NCBI GenBank assembly: GCA_040118945.1
Contig: JBEDTH010000010.1
Span: forward strand, 10,731 to 74,730
Direction of reading: 5' to 3'
Length of the DNA stretch: 64,000 nt
From: Dokdonia sp.
Lineage (GTDB): Bacteria; Bacteroidota; Bacteroidia; Flavobacteriales; Flavobacteriaceae
Positions within the stretch are counted from its first letter, which is position 1. The number at the start of each line of letters is the position of its first letter. Made by a program: the position numbers and the translations under genes. Shown here piece after piece: positions 17,183 to 27,729 of this stretch. Under the pieces are notes generated by a model that saw only the letters and a list, made by a program, of their open reading frames with translations, did not search any database and was not told the DNA's origin.

Positions 17183-19333
17183 GTGAGTCTGATTGCCTTA
17201 CCCTTAGGTCTGGGACTTGCCATGGCAAGTGAAGCACCACCTATAGCTGGTATTATTACCGCTGTGGTAGGTGGGATATTGGTCTCAATCTTTGGCGGAA
17301 GCCATGTCACCATTACAGGGCCGGGTAACGGTTTGGTTGGTGTCCTATTGGTCGCTATAGCCGCTCTAGGTCTCCAAGGCGCTTATGCTGCGGTTATTTG
17401 TTCTGGAATATTATTGCTGCTTCTCGGATTTCTACGCATGGGAAAACTAGCCGATTTTTTTCCTTCATCGGCTATTCAAGGGATGCTTGCAGCTATTGGT
17501 CTTATCATTTTGGGGAAGCAATTTCATATTATGCTAGGCAATAAAATCGTACGTGATAGTAGCGTGGCCTATCTGCTAGAAATTCCTGAAAGTGTCATTG
17601 GGGTATTTTCTTATCAGGACAAAGGCCTTATCTATGCCGCTTTATTTGGAGTAGTAAGTCTAGCTATAATGATATTTTACAGTAAGATTAGAAACAAATA
17701 CCTTCAGCTCATCCCCGCTCCCATGTGGATCGTCTTACTGGCTATTGGTTTTAGTTATTATTATGAGCTTATACTACAACAGCCCAATCCTATAGCTAGT
17801 GGGTATATGATCACTGGCATACCCGCCATCGGTACCATTATTGACGAGATACCCATACCACAATTTACAGCGATAGACAGTTGGGGCTTTTGGTCTAGTG
17901 TTATTGCGTTGACGCTTATCGCCAGTATAGAATCCCTTTTAAGTATCAAAGCGGTAGATATGTTAGATCCGCAAAAAAGACGTTCCAACATCAACAAGGA
18001 TCTCAAAGCGCTTGGGGTGGCTACTATTGGTAGTGGCTTATTAGGGGGGGTAAACGTGGTTACTGTGATTGCGAGAAGTTCGGTCAATGTAAATAATGGA
18101 GCGACCAACAGAAGTTCTAATTTTATTCACGCGACGTTTCTCATCATTTTTATTGCCTTGTTTAGCACCCAACTCACAAGAATACCATTACCCGCATTAA
18201 TGGCCATATTGGTTTATACAGGCTACCGTCTCGCCTCTCCTACGGTAGTGCGCAAGATGTTTGTTATTGGTAAAGAACAGGTCTTTATTTTTATGGCTAC
18301 TTTGCTCTCTACTCTCTTTATCGATTTGATCTCGGGTATTCTCATTGGGGTATTGACCACCTTTGTGATCCACATGTTGCTCAATCGCAGTGCAGGCCTG
18401 TTTTTTAGAAACATCTTTAAGCCCAATGTATTGATGTATATGGAAAACAATGAAAGTGGGTTGGACAACTATTATGTAAGTGTCAAACACTTCTGTTCCT
18501 TTCTCAATTTTTTTAAGCTCAAAAAACAATTAGACCAAATACCAGAAGACAAAGATGTGGTTGTCGATTTTTCCAAATGTGGGTTTGTAGATCATACCGT
18601 AATGGGTAATCTCAACAATTATCAAGAACTCTTTATGAAAAAGGGAGGACATTTTGAAGTGGTTGGTCTTGACATGCATGGCACCGATTCTAAACACCCC
18701 TTTGCCTTGCGTCGTATTTTAGCAATTCCTACGGTTATTTCCAAAAGTCTTACCCGTCGTCAAATGGCGCTAGAAGAACTGGCCAAAGAGTATCAACTTC
18801 AATACCATAGAGAAAAACACAAGCAGTTTCAAGCTATCGCTCAATTTCACTATTTTGAAACCAAGCATATCGATTATGTTTATCACGAATTTTACGATCC
18901 AATAAACGATTTAAAACTATTTGATATCGTGTATTCTGAGGGTGCTTTAATGGCCAAAGAAAATGTAAGATCTACCATGGTTACTATAGATTTGGCGCGA
19001 GAAATCCCTTCATTTACTATTGATAAAGAAGGGTTTTTGGAGAAGTTTTACGCTATTGCTGGTTTGGAAGACATTAATTTCGAAAATCACAACGATTTCT
19101 CAAATCGGTTTTATCTTATTGGCGAAGACGAGCAGGCCATACGAGCATTTTTTACAGATGAACTTATCCACTTTTTAGAAAGTAACTCCTATTATCATAT
19201 CGAGTCAAAAGGAGATCAACTCTTGATCTTTTATAAAGAACGTCTTGCTTCCATCAAAGAACTCAAAGCACTACTGGATTACGCCAAACGCCTTCAACAC
19301 ATTATTCTTCGTACAATTATACGACAGCACTAA
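17183..19333 (+). CDS. SulP-family anion transporter with STAS domain and ~200-aa C-terminal extension (5' end problematic)
   Basis: SLIALPLGLGLAMASEAPPIAGIITAVVGG is the SulP N-terminal signature, and a STAS-like region is present (VVVDFSKCGFVDHTVMGNL). Conserved-looking sequence continues upstream of the GTG in the same frame without a start codon. Confidence 0.8.
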   Translation: MSLIALPLGLGLAMASEAPPIAGIITAVVGGILVSIFGGSHVTITGPGNGLVGVLLVAIAALGLQGAYAAVICSGILLLLLGFLRMGKLADFFPSSAIQGMLAAIGLIILGKQFHIMLGNKIVRDSSVAYLLEIPESVIGVFSYQDKGLIYAALFGVVSLAIMIFYSKIRNKYLQLIPAPMWIVLLAIGFSYYYELILQQPNPIASGYMITGIPAIGTIIDEIPIPQFTAIDSWGFWSSVIALTLIASIESLLSIKAVDMLDPQKRRSNINKDLKALGVATIGSGLLGGVNVVTVIARSSVNVNNGATNRSSNFIHATFLIIFIALFSTQLTRIPLPALMAILVYTGYRLASPTVVRKMFVIGKEQVFIFMATLLSTLFIDLISGILIGVLTTFVIHMLLNRSAGLFFRNIFKPNVLMYMENNESGLDNYYVSVKHFCSFLNFFKLKKQLDQIPEDKDVVVDFSKCGFVDHTVMGNLNNYQELFMKKGGHFEVVGLDMHGTDSKHPFALRRILAIPTVISKSLTRRQMALEELAKEYQLQYHREKHKQFQAIAQFHYFETKHIDYVYHEFYDPINDLKLFDIVYSEGALMAKENVRSTMVTIDLAREIPSFTIDKEGFLEKFYAIAGLEDINFENHNDFSNRFYLIGEDEQAIRAFFTDELIHFLESNSYYHIESKGDQLLIFYKERLASIKELKALLDYAKRLQHIILRTIIRQH

Positions 19334-19370
19334 CAGTATAGCCATACAAAACAATGCGCTTTAAAAACAT

Positions 19371-19398
19371 AAAAAAAGCATTCCGAAGAATGCTTTTG
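19371..19398. terminator. Bidirectional intrinsic terminator between SulP and ferredoxin genes
   Basis: AGCATTC-CGAA-GAATGCT hairpin flanked by A7 and T4. Confidence 0.65.
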
Positions 19399-19419
19399 TA
19401 TGATATCGTAATGCTTTGC

Positions 19420-19782
<363 letters not shown>

Positions 19783-19833
19783 TCAATAACTTTGCACAAA
19801 AATAACGCCTAGTGATGTATTAGGCAAACTCAT

Positions 19834-20958
19834 ATGGATTTACAACAAAGAATTAACGCTTTTGTTCAACTAGGACGCTTTTTGAGTCAGTTTACTAGAG
19901 AAGACATTGTACAAAAAGATGATGTTGCACATAACGACCTCTTTTTTGACGGTATGCTTCACCAAATAAAAATTGCTGGCGAAAACAATGGCTGGTTTAC
20001 CAAAGAAAATGTGCTTTTCGCTTTAGAAGGTTGGGCTCAAACACTCACCCAAAAGGGGCTTGAGCTGTGGTTGGCTCCTTATGAGCAAGATTTGGCTTTA
20101 GCCCAAAAAAACAATACCACAACTACGGCAAATACAGCAACAAGCTCAAAAACGGTGGCTGTCATCATGGCGGGAAACATCCCCTTGGTGGGATTTCATG
20201 ACTTTCTATCGGTCTTAATGAGTGGACATCGCTTTGTGGGTAAACTATCCAGCAATGACAAACACCTACTGCCCTTTCTGGCGATGTATCTTGAAAAGGT
20301 AGCTCCATCGTTTAAAGGTCGAATCACCTTTACCGATGATAAATTACTACACTATGATGCTGTTATTGCTACAGGAAGTGACAATACAGCGCGCTATTTT
20401 GAATATTATTTTGGCGATAAGCCAAATATTATCAGAAAAAACAGAAACTCGGTGGCTGTCCTTACTGGGGATGAAACCGAGACAGAACTCGAGGCCCTCA
20501 CTGAAGATATTTTCAGGTACTATGGATTAGGGTGTCGCAATGTCTCCAAGCTATTTGTACCTAAAGGCTATAATTTTGATGCGTTTTTTAATGCCGTATA
20601 CGCCTGGAGGGCTATCATTCATCAAAATAAATACGCCAATAATTACGATTATAACAAGGCGGTTTATCTCATGAGTTTATTCGAGCTCAAAGAAAACGGC
20701 TTTTTAATGCTCAAAGAAGAGACGAGTTACGGCTCTCCTATTGCAACCTTGTTTTATGAATATTACGATGAGCTAACTCAACTCTCACAAAGGCTGGATA
20801 AGGATCAACAATACATTCAATGTGTGGTAACCAATGAGGAGACAGCCACTTCGCTTTCGCGAAAACCGTCATTTGTAGCCTATGGGCAAACACAGAAACC
20901 AGCATTGAATGATTATGCCGATGGTGTGGATACAATTGCGTTTTTGTTAAGAATTTAG
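19834..20958 (+). CDS. LuxC-like acyl-CoA reductase
   Basis: GLGCRNVSKLFVP motif, plus the gene order ferredoxin / acyl-CoA reductase / serC / serA, which I recall as conserved in Flavobacteriaceae. Confidence 0.55.
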   Translation: MDLQQRINAFVQLGRFLSQFTREDIVQKDDVAHNDLFFDGMLHQIKIAGENNGWFTKENVLFALEGWAQTLTQKGLELWLAPYEQDLALAQKNNTTTTANTATSSKTVAVIMAGNIPLVGFHDFLSVLMSGHRFVGKLSSNDKHLLPFLAMYLEKVAPSFKGRITFTDDKLLHYDAVIATGSDNTARYFEYYFGDKPNIIRKNRNSVAVLTGDETETELEALTEDIFRYYGLGCRNVSKLFVPKGYNFDAFFNAVYAWRAIIHQNKYANNYDYNKAVYLMSLFELKENGFLMLKEETSYGSPIATLFYEYYDELTQLSQRLDKDQQYIQCVVTNEETATSLSRKPSFVAYGQTQKPALNDYADGVDTIAFLLRI

Positions 20959-21033
20959 CCGATAAATTATTGAATTATTAACGCGATTCTGTCTTGTTTT
21001 GGGCATCTTTGCACTGCATAAAAAAGACGTAGC

Positions 21034-22098
21034 ATGAAGAGACATAATTTTAGCGCAGGACCTTGTATTTTACCACAAGAAGTCTTTCAAGAAGCATCAG
21101 AAGCGATTCTAAATTTTAACAACTCAGGACTTTCGATATTAGAGATATCGCATCGCAGCAAAGATTTTGTAGATGTGATGGACGAAGCTCGTAATCTCGC
21201 TTTAGAGTTATTAGGCCTAGAGGGAAAAGGATATAAAGCGCTCTTTCTTCAAGGAGGCGCCAGTACGCAATTTTTGATGACTGCCTATAACCTCTTACAA
21301 AAAAAAGCAGGATATCTCAACACAGGTACCTGGAGTGATAAAGCCATTAAAGAGGCCAAACTCTTTGGAGAAGTGGTAGAAATAGCTTCGAGTAAAGATG
21401 CCAACTACAACTACATCCCAAAAGGCTATGAAATACCAAAAGATCTCGACTATTTGCACGTAACGAGCAACAACACCATCTTTGGAACGCAAATGAAAGA
21501 CTTTCCCGAAGTAGATTGCCCACTAATTTGTGATATGAGTAGTGACATCTTTTCGAGGCAAATAGACTTTTCTCAGTTTGATTTGATTTATGCAGGCGCT
21601 CAAAAAAATATGGGCCCAGCCGGTACAACCTTAGTCGTGGTACAGGAAGATATTTTGGGAAAAGTATCTCGTGCTATTCCTTCTATGATGGACTATAAAA
21701 CACATATCAGTAAAAGCAGTATGTTTAATACCCCCGCGGTATACGCGGTGTATGTATCTATGCTCACCATGCGCTGGTTGAAAAACCTTGGTGGTATAGC
21801 CGCCATCGAAGAAATGAACGATCGCAAAGCTACCCTACTCTATTCTGAGATCGAGTTAAATCCATTATTTAAAGGATTTGCCGCCAAGGAAGATCGATCT
21901 ACCATGAACGCCACCTTTAGTCTTACCGATGAAGATCTCAAAGAAACTTTTGACGCTATGTGGCAAGAGGCAGGTATCAATGGTCTTAATGGTCATCGCA
22001 GTGTTGGAGGTTATCGTGCTTCTATGTACAACGCGCTTAGCCTTGAAAGTGTAGGTACGCTGGTAGATGTCATGAGCGAACTCGAAAGAAAGGCATAA
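21034..22098 (+). CDS. serC: 3-phosphoserine aminotransferase
   Basis: N-terminal NFSAGPCILPQEV, and the PLP lysine region YAGAQKNMGPAG. Confidence 0.9.
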   Translation: MKRHNFSAGPCILPQEVFQEASEAILNFNNSGLSILEISHRSKDFVDVMDEARNLALELLGLEGKGYKALFLQGGASTQFLMTAYNLLQKKAGYLNTGTWSDKAIKEAKLFGEVVEIASSKDANYNYIPKGYEIPKDLDYLHVTSNNTIFGTQMKDFPEVDCPLICDMSSDIFSRQIDFSQFDLIYAGAQKNMGPAGTTLVVVQEDILGKVSRAIPSMMDYKTHISKSSMFNTPAVYAVYVSMLTMRWLKNLGGIAAIEEMNDRKATLLYSEIELNPLFKGFAAKEDRSTMNATFSLTDEDLKETFDAMWQEAGINGLNGHRSVGGYRASMYNALSLESVGTLVDVMSELERKA

Positions 22099-22137
22099 AC
22101 AATTCTCTGATCTTCAATAAAAAACGTATAAACAAAG

Positions 22138-23091
22138 ATGAAAGTATTAGCAAACGACGGCATCTCACCATCTGGAGTATCGGCATTAGAAGCAGCAGGC
22201 TTTGAAGTAAGTACTACTAATGTAGCCCAAGAACAATTGATCAATCACATTAATCAAGAACAAATCGCGGTTATTTTGGTGCGTAGCGCAACCACCGTCA
22301 GAAAGGAAGTCATAGATGCCTGTCCTAGTCTTAAAATTATTGGGCGTGGCGGTGTTGGTATGGATAATATCGACGTGGCCTATGCCCGAGAAAAAGGACT
22401 ACATGTGATCAATACCCCTGCGGCATCCAGTGCCTCGGTTGCCGAATTAGTTTTTGCGCATCTTTTTAACGGGGTTCGTTTTTTATATGACGCCAACCGC
22501 AACATGCCTTTAGACGGTGATACCAAATTTAAACAACTCAAAAAAGCCTATGCTCAAGGCAGCGAATTGCGCGGTAAAACCTTAGGAATTATTGGTTTTG
22601 GCCGTATTGGCCGCGAAGTAGCCAAGATAGCCCTAGGTTGCGGAATGAAGGTAGTAGCCACAGATAAATTTGTAGGTGAAGCTACGATCAAGGTCGATTT
22701 TTACAATGGGCAGTTTATCAATGTAGATATTCAAACACAACCCATGGAAGCTGTTTTAAAACAAGCAGACTTTATCACCTTGCACGTGCCGGCCCAAGCT
22801 GATTACGTCATAGGAAAAAAAGAAATTGATATGATGAAAGATGGTGCTGGTATCATCAATGCGGCCAGAGGAGGTGTTGTTGACGAAGTGGCACTTGTCG
22901 AGGCACTTGATAGCAAAAAGTTATCTTTTGCGGGTCTGGACACTTTTGAAAATGAACCTACCCCGGCAATTAAAGTCTTGATGAACCCAAAAATTTCTTT
23001 AACCCCACACATAGGTGCAGCTACTGGAGAAGCTCAGGATCGCATCGGTACCGAACTGGCAGCACAGATCGTGAGCCTCTTAAAAAACTAA
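22138..23091 (+). CDS. serA: D-3-phosphoglycerate dehydrogenase / D-2-hydroxyacid dehydrogenase
   Basis: NAD-binding GIIGFGRIGREVA and catalytic HIGAAT; follows serC. Confidence 0.8.
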   Translation: MKVLANDGISPSGVSALEAAGFEVSTTNVAQEQLINHINQEQIAVILVRSATTVRKEVIDACPSLKIIGRGGVGMDNIDVAYAREKGLHVINTPAASSASVAELVFAHLFNGVRFLYDANRNMPLDGDTKFKQLKKAYAQGSELRGKTLGIIGFGRIGREVAKIALGCGMKVVATDKFVGEATIKVDFYNGQFINVDIQTQPMEAVLKQADFITLHVPAQADYVIGKKEIDMMKDGAGIINAARGGVVDEVALVEALDSKKLSFAGLDTFENEPTPAIKVLMNPKISLTPHIGAATGEAQDRIGTELAAQIVSLLKN

Positions 23092-23151
23092 AGAGGTAGT
23101 TTTGGTCTATACATGACCAAAAAATGGCCGATTATCGACAAAAAATGACCA

Positions 23152-23176
23152 ACCGTCCTTTTCAAGGGCGGTTTTT
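23152..23176 (+). terminator. Intrinsic terminator after serA
   Basis: ACCGTCC...GGGCGGT hairpin followed by T5. Confidence 0.55.
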
Positions 23177-23241
23177 CTATTTGTAGTTATCGCCGCCGTA
23201 TTATTTCGTAAATTAGATGAACTAATCACAAAATAGAAAAG

Positions 23242-23871
23242 ATGTCTGCATTACTAGAATTACTAAATAGCCCGATGGGCAAAACCATTATAAATGGCGT
23301 GAGTCAAAGTACGGGAAAATCAGAAGATCAAACAGGACAAGTATTGAGTATGGCACTACCTGTATTAATGGGAGCCATGAAAAAAAACGTGCAAACACAA
23401 GAGGGAGCAAACGGCTTGATGAATGCGATTTCCAACAAGCATGACGGGAGTATACTCGATAATCTAGGCGGCTTGTTTCAAGGAGGTGTTGACGAGCATG
23501 TAGTGCAAGATGGAGCTGGCATATTAGGACATTTGTTAGGAGACAAACAACCAGCTGTTGAAAACACCCTTAGTGCCAAATCAGGTATGGATGCTGGATC
23601 TATTAGTCAAATACTAAAAGTGGCTGCACCTATTTTAATGGGCGTGATCGGAAAGCAAACCAAACAGAGTAATGTCAATGACTCTACGGGCATGAATGCG
23701 CTATTGGGAAGTATGCTTGGAGGTCAACCACAAGAAAATCAGAGTTTGATAGAATCACTCTTAGACGCCGATGGAGATGGCAGTATTATGGATGATGTGG
23801 CTGGTATGGTCTTAGGCGGAAAGAAAAAAGGCGGTATTGGCGGTTTACTTGGCGGATTGTTTGGTAAGTAA
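23242..23871 (+). CDS. DUF937-like protein (Gly/Met-rich, unknown function)
   Basis: Repeated LLG/ILMG segments, DGSILDNLGGLF, DADGDGSIMDD; resembles DUF937 as I remember it. Confidence 0.5.
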   Translation: MSALLELLNSPMGKTIINGVSQSTGKSEDQTGQVLSMALPVLMGAMKKNVQTQEGANGLMNAISNKHDGSILDNLGGLFQGGVDEHVVQDGAGILGHLLGDKQPAVENTLSAKSGMDAGSISQILKVAAPILMGVIGKQTKQSNVNDSTGMNALLGSMLGGQPQENQSLIESLLDADGDGSIMDDVAGMVLGGKKKGGIGGLLGGLFGK

Positions 23872-23896
23872 TTAGACCCTATTACCTTTGCGAAAA

Positions 23897-23931
23897 ACAC
23901 CTCTTGTCTCAACGTCTAGAGGTGTTTCTTT
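23897..23931 (+). terminator. Intrinsic terminator after the DUF937-like gene
   Basis: ACACCTCT...AGAGGTGT 8-bp stem followed by a T-rich tract. Confidence 0.5.
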
Positions 23932-23980
23932 ACTCTATTTATTTTGGAGCGATTTTTGCACTATTTAAGGAAAAAACACG

Positions 23981-24385
23981 ATGAAGCATTGGATATACTT
24001 TTTGTTGGCCTTAGGATTGGTGGTGGGCTGTGCCTCCCAGAAAAATCCTAAAAATCTACAGACGCCCGCTTCAGATTCTGATACCGTTCGCATTGCCAAT
24101 GACAGCTTGGAATACGAAATTTTAATCATAGAACCTGGATTTAATACCTGGCTGGCTACACAACGCCCAAGAGGCTATTACGAGCAAGTTTGGCTCGAGA
24201 ACCGAAATATTTTTATGGTTACCGAATACAACAACCGCGTCCTGAATAACACCCAGTACGATCCAAACCTCTACATTTTACAAATTGATTATGAGCGCGG
24301 TGTAGATTATGGATATGAAGTCAATTATCTGCTGTATAATTGGTTTCAATTTTTCCAGCAACAGTACAATCAAAAGCTGCGATAA
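23981..24385 (+). CDS. Small lipoprotein of unknown function
   Basis: Signal peptide with lipobox LVVGCAS; 134 aa. Confidence 0.55.
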   Translation: MKHWIYFLLALGLVVGCASQKNPKNLQTPASDSDTVRIANDSLEYEILIIEPGFNTWLATQRPRGYYEQVWLENRNIFMVTEYNNRVLNNTQYDPNLYILQIDYERGVDYGYEVNYLLYNWFQFFQQQYNQKLR

Positions 24386-24403
24386 TTGTATTTTTGCTAG
24401 CCT

Positions 24404-24937
24404 ATGAAGGCATTTAAAAAGCGCTGGGAAATCACTAAAGACTGGCAACTCATTCACCCAATTTTGGGGCTGATTGCCTCTTTTTTTTGTGGCTATCTCA
24501 TTGCAAAAGGCCTTGTGAAAGCGTTTTCCATGTTGAGTCAAAGCTACGCTATGCTTTGGATTATTACCCTCACGCTTCTACTAAGCTATCTCATTATCAA
24601 AATAAGTCTGTGGCTATTTACTAAGCTATACGATAGATGGAAGGTCAAGGCCCGATGGGAATTAATAGCATTGTTTCTAGTATTTGCCATAACGGGTAGT
24701 ACGGCAGGCAAACTGTCTGATCCTTTAATGCAATTACTTGGCTTGGATCGAGAAACAACCAGTGGTTGGATATACTGGCCTGTTAGAATTATCATAATTT
24801 TTCCTATTTACCAGATTTTGTTAGTTATTTTTGGATGGCTTTTTGGTCAATTCGCTTTTTTTAAGGAATTTGCTATCAAAATGGCTTCCCGAATGGGATT
24901 TGGCTTTTTATTTAAGACAAGTGACTCAAACAACTAA
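24404..24937 (+). CDS. Integral membrane protein of unknown function
   Basis: Four hydrophobic segments; 18 nt after the preceding gene. Confidence 0.5.
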   Translation: MKAFKKRWEITKDWQLIHPILGLIASFFCGYLIAKGLVKAFSMLSQSYAMLWIITLTLLLSYLIIKISLWLFTKLYDRWKVKARWELIALFLVFAITGSTAGKLSDPLMQLLGLDRETTSGWIYWPVRIIIIFPIYQILLVIFGWLFGQFAFFKEFAIKMASRMGFGFLFKTSDSNN

Positions 24938-25268
24938 TCTACATACAGCCCTTACATGGCGCGCTACAGCATTACTGCTAGCTATGCTGCTGCTGCTACC
25001 TAGTGGATTAGCCTTTGCACACAATTTTGAAAATCACGATCATATCGATAGGTGTGAACTATCAGCCGATGTTCATATGCACGAGAATGACATCGATTGT
25101 GACCTTGATCATATTGTACTTCATAAAGTAGGTGTTTTTGCTTTCGCGAAAGCTACCTTAGATATACAACCCTGTGCACAAACAGCCATTACGCTATTCA
25201 CCTCATTGTATTTCGGCACAGCTTTAGACTATAGCGCTTCAAGAGGCCCGCCTCAGATTAGTAATTGA
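24921..25268 (+). CDS. Small secreted His/Asp/Cys-rich protein (start uncertain: GTG 24921 or ATG 24984)
   Basis: Signal-like LLLAMLLLLPSGLAFA followed by HNFENHDHIDRCELSADVHMHENDIDCDLDH; immediately upstream of a TonB-dependent receptor. Confidence 0.45.
   Translation: MTQTTNLHTALTWRATALLLAMLLLLPSGLAFAHNFENHDHIDRCELSADVHMHENDIDCDLDHIVLHKVGVFAFAKATLDIQPCAQTAITLFTSLYFGTALDYSASRGPPQISN
25140..25153. repeat. Iterated palindrome GCTTTCGCGAAAGC (perfect 14-mer)
   Basis: Inside the His-rich small ORF, read as AFAKA. Confidence 0.95.
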
Positions 25269-25301
25269 TACCCATCGCTTACTAATCAATTTTACGACTA
25301 C

Positions 25302-27698
25302 ATGAAAACTTTATTATGGCTTGGCAGTTTTTTGCTGAGTACATTTGCCATAGCACAAGATTGTGACTATACCCTAAGTGGTTATATCATCGATCTTCAC
25401 GACCAATCTGCGCTCAATGATGCCACTATCATTGTCGTGGGTTTGGAGAAGGCAATTACACCCGATTCCCAAGGGAGATATGAGATCACTGGGCTATGCG
25501 CAAATACCTATACCTTACAAGTATCACATCCTGCCTGTGAAACTCAATTGATTCGAGTTCCAGTCAATCAGGACACTGAGCGCACCATTTATATGGAACA
25601 TCATCTCGAATCCTTGGGTAATGTAGTTGTAGAAGCTCATGCACATCAGGCCAAAACTCAAACAGCAAGTCAAACAGTAGTTTCTCATGATATTTTGGAG
25701 GCCAATAGCGCTGGCTCGTTGGCAGACGCACTCAGAGAACTCAGTGGGGTGACCAGTCTCAACACGGGTAATACTGTGGCCAAACCTGTAATAGGAGGCT
25801 TGCACAGTAGTCGGGTTACCTTAATAACAGACGGAACGCGTTTGCAGGATCAAGAATGGGGCGTAGAACATGCTCCCAATATTGATATTAATGCAGCGGG
25901 GGAGGTAACCGTTATTAAAGGCGCAAGTGGTCTGCAATATGGCGGCGATGCTATAGGAGGTACCATTGTCATAGAGCCTGAACAAATTCCTGTCAAAGAC
26001 ACGGTTTTTGGACGTACGTTAATCACCGGAGCGACCAATGGTCGTGGTGGTTCTTTAAGTAGTAGTATTACCAAATCCTATAACAGTGGCTGGTACGGCG
26101 GGGTACAGGTATCTCTAAAACGGTTTGGCGATTTTGAAAGTCCAGACTATATATTGAGTAATACCGCCTTGGCAGAGCAAAATATAACGGCTAGAGTGGG
26201 TATAAATCGGTATAGTTTTGGGCTGGAGGCCAGTTATTCTAGATTTCATAAAGAAGCAGGAATACTTCGTTCTTCTCATTTGGGAGGTGCCGAAGATTTG
26301 GTAGTGGCCATCAATAGCCAGCAACCTTTTATTGTAGCTCCTTTTACTTATGATCTAAATCCTCCAAAACAAGATGTCACCCATCAATTGGCCAAATTGA
26401 GTGGTTATTATCGTTTTGAGAATTTGGGTAAATTATCTGCCCAACTCGATTATCAACGCAATAACCGTTTAGAGTTTGACGTGAGAAGAGATAGTGATGA
26501 CACTAGACCTTCAATTGATCTGCAGTTGGAAACCTATAGTTTAAATACCGAATTTGAATTTGAAGCAGACAATAGCATCAACGCCAAAGTAGGTGTTCAA
26601 GCGCGGTATCAAGATCATTTTCCAGATCCTAGTACAGGTGTACGCAGGCTGATACCAGATTATACCGCCCAAGCCTTAGGGGTATTTGCCATAGGATCCA
26701 AAACCTGGGAAGACTGGACCCTTGAAGGCGGGATCAGATATGATTACAATCGGATTGTAGCCGAGAAATTCTACCAGACTTCCCTTTGGGAAGAGCGCGG
26801 TTACGATCAAGAATTCGAAGATTTGATCATTGCCGATTTTGGTAATCAACTCTTGGTCAAACCCGATTTGCAATACCATAACTTTTCGGCAACGGCAGGA
26901 GTGGCCAAAAGTTGGGAAAATGGGCATAGGCTTTCCTTTAATTACGCACTAGCTTCCAGATCACCTAACGTCTCCGAATTGTTTAGTGATGGCTTACACC
27001 AAAGCGCAGCAAGAGTAGAAATAGGAGATTTGCGTTTTGAACAGGAACAGGCAAACAAATTGTCTTTAGAATGGCAGCTCACCAAAGATAAATGGAGTTT
27101 TATCGTAGCGCCTTATGCCAGTTTTATCGACAATTTTATCCTTATCGAACCCACGGGGATTCGACAGACTATCAGAGGTAATTTTCAGGTTTGGGAATAC
27201 CGTCAAACAATGGCGCGACTGCTGGGTGTTGATCTAGACGCTCAATTTGAATTTGATACGCATTGGTCGATGCGCAATCAATTCTCATTGGTAAAGGGTA
27301 AAGACATCGATAGGGATAATGCACTGATCAATATGCCCTCGGCCAATACGAGAAATGCCATTACCTATCAGCTGCCTAAGTGGCACCAGTTATCAGTAAC
27401 GCTAGAGAGCAATTATGTCTTTAGACAAAATGAATTTCCAGACAATAACTTTGAAGTATTTCTACCACAAACAGAAACCACTGCACTGGTCGATGTAAGT
27501 ACGCCTCCTGATGCCTATCACCTGCTCAATTTTAGAAGCTCGATGGTTTTCGCTTTGAGCGAAAAAAATCTATTGACCATTGGCCTTATGGTCAATAATA
27601 TATGGAATACCCGCTATAGAGAATACTTAAACAGACAACGCTATTTTGCCGATGACCTAGGCAGAAACATACTATTACAATTAAAAGTCAATTATTAA
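25302..27698 (+). CDS. TonB-dependent outer-membrane receptor with carboxypeptidase-regulatory-like N-domain
   Basis: Signal peptide, CarbopepD-like N-terminus (YTLSGYIIDL...), plug region (GVTSLNTGNTVAKPVIGGL), and a C-terminal beta-barrel ending LQLKVNY. Confidence 0.9.
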   Translation: MKTLLWLGSFLLSTFAIAQDCDYTLSGYIIDLHDQSALNDATIIVVGLEKAITPDSQGRYEITGLCANTYTLQVSHPACETQLIRVPVNQDTERTIYMEHHLESLGNVVVEAHAHQAKTQTASQTVVSHDILEANSAGSLADALRELSGVTSLNTGNTVAKPVIGGLHSSRVTLITDGTRLQDQEWGVEHAPNIDINAAGEVTVIKGASGLQYGGDAIGGTIVIEPEQIPVKDTVFGRTLITGATNGRGGSLSSSITKSYNSGWYGGVQVSLKRFGDFESPDYILSNTALAEQNITARVGINRYSFGLEASYSRFHKEAGILRSSHLGGAEDLVVAINSQQPFIVAPFTYDLNPPKQDVTHQLAKLSGYYRFENLGKLSAQLDYQRNNRLEFDVRRDSDDTRPSIDLQLETYSLNTEFEFEADNSINAKVGVQARYQDHFPDPSTGVRRLIPDYTAQALGVFAIGSKTWEDWTLEGGIRYDYNRIVAEKFYQTSLWEERGYDQEFEDLIIADFGNQLLVKPDLQYHNFSATAGVAKSWENGHRLSFNYALASRSPNVSELFSDGLHQSAARVEIGDLRFEQEQANKLSLEWQLTKDKWSFIVAPYASFIDNFILIEPTGIRQTIRGNFQVWEYRQTMARLLGVDLDAQFEFDTHWSMRNQFSLVKGKDIDRDNALINMPSANTRNAITYQLPKWHQLSVTLESNYVFRQNEFPDNNFEVFLPQTETTALVDVSTPPDAYHLLNFRSSMVFALSEKNLLTIGLMVNNIWNTRYREYLNRQRYFADDLGRNILLQLKVNY

Positions 27699-27729
27699 AA
27701 CCAATTTTTTAAATCCAATACATTCAATT

